Positions 25,236 through 25,236 of a stretch of 25,236 nucleotides of DNA are shown one piece after another; the first letter of the stretch is position 1, and every line of letters begins with the position of its first letter. The stretch is from positions 1-25,236 of IMG/VR virus record IMGVR_UViG_3300020045_013299; one strand, 5' to 3'. The stretch comes from a virus. Its lineage: Duplodnaviria; Caudoviricetes. Below the pieces are notes generated by a model that was not told the DNA's origin, did not search any database, and saw only the letters and a program-made list of their open reading frames with translations. The position numbers and the translations under genes are program-made.

Positions 25236-25236
25236 G
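25202..25236. repeat. exact 35-bp direct repeat of 23748-23782
   Basis: CTTCCAATTTCAACGCCGAGTCATCAAGGGCCGCG occurs at both positions. Confidence 0.95.

Overview
Fragment of a dsDNA podovirus-type bacteriophage genome; an alphaproteobacterial host is inferred, not shown. It has two convergent arms that meet at about 16670. The + strand (1-16672) carries many small early ORFs, two free-standing HNH endonucleases, an SF1/UvrD-like helicase, a HIRAN protein, a Cas4-like nuclease/Sak4-like ATPase/SSB recombination module, a ParB-methyltransferase fusion, DUF6378- and DUF1937-like nucleotide-handling proteins, a family A DNA polymerase split into a UDG+Exo(I,II) gene and an Exo(III)+Pol gene, and a DUF3987-like AAA+ helicase. 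No primase is recognisable. The - strand (16669-25236) carries internal virion proteins, a repeat-rich tail fibre and a lysis cassette (membrane-tailed lysozyme, i/o-spanins, holin-like proteins). The most notable observations are the split proofreading site with His at PolA position 762, a four-hairpin intergenic RNA with a CCUCCUCCC anti-SD loop (6284-6434), a shared E-I-[DE]-[IL] C-terminal tail and coupling motif on several small proteins, and a 35-bp duplication at the window end that may be an assembly artefact. All family calls come from reading motifs by eye; no database search was run.
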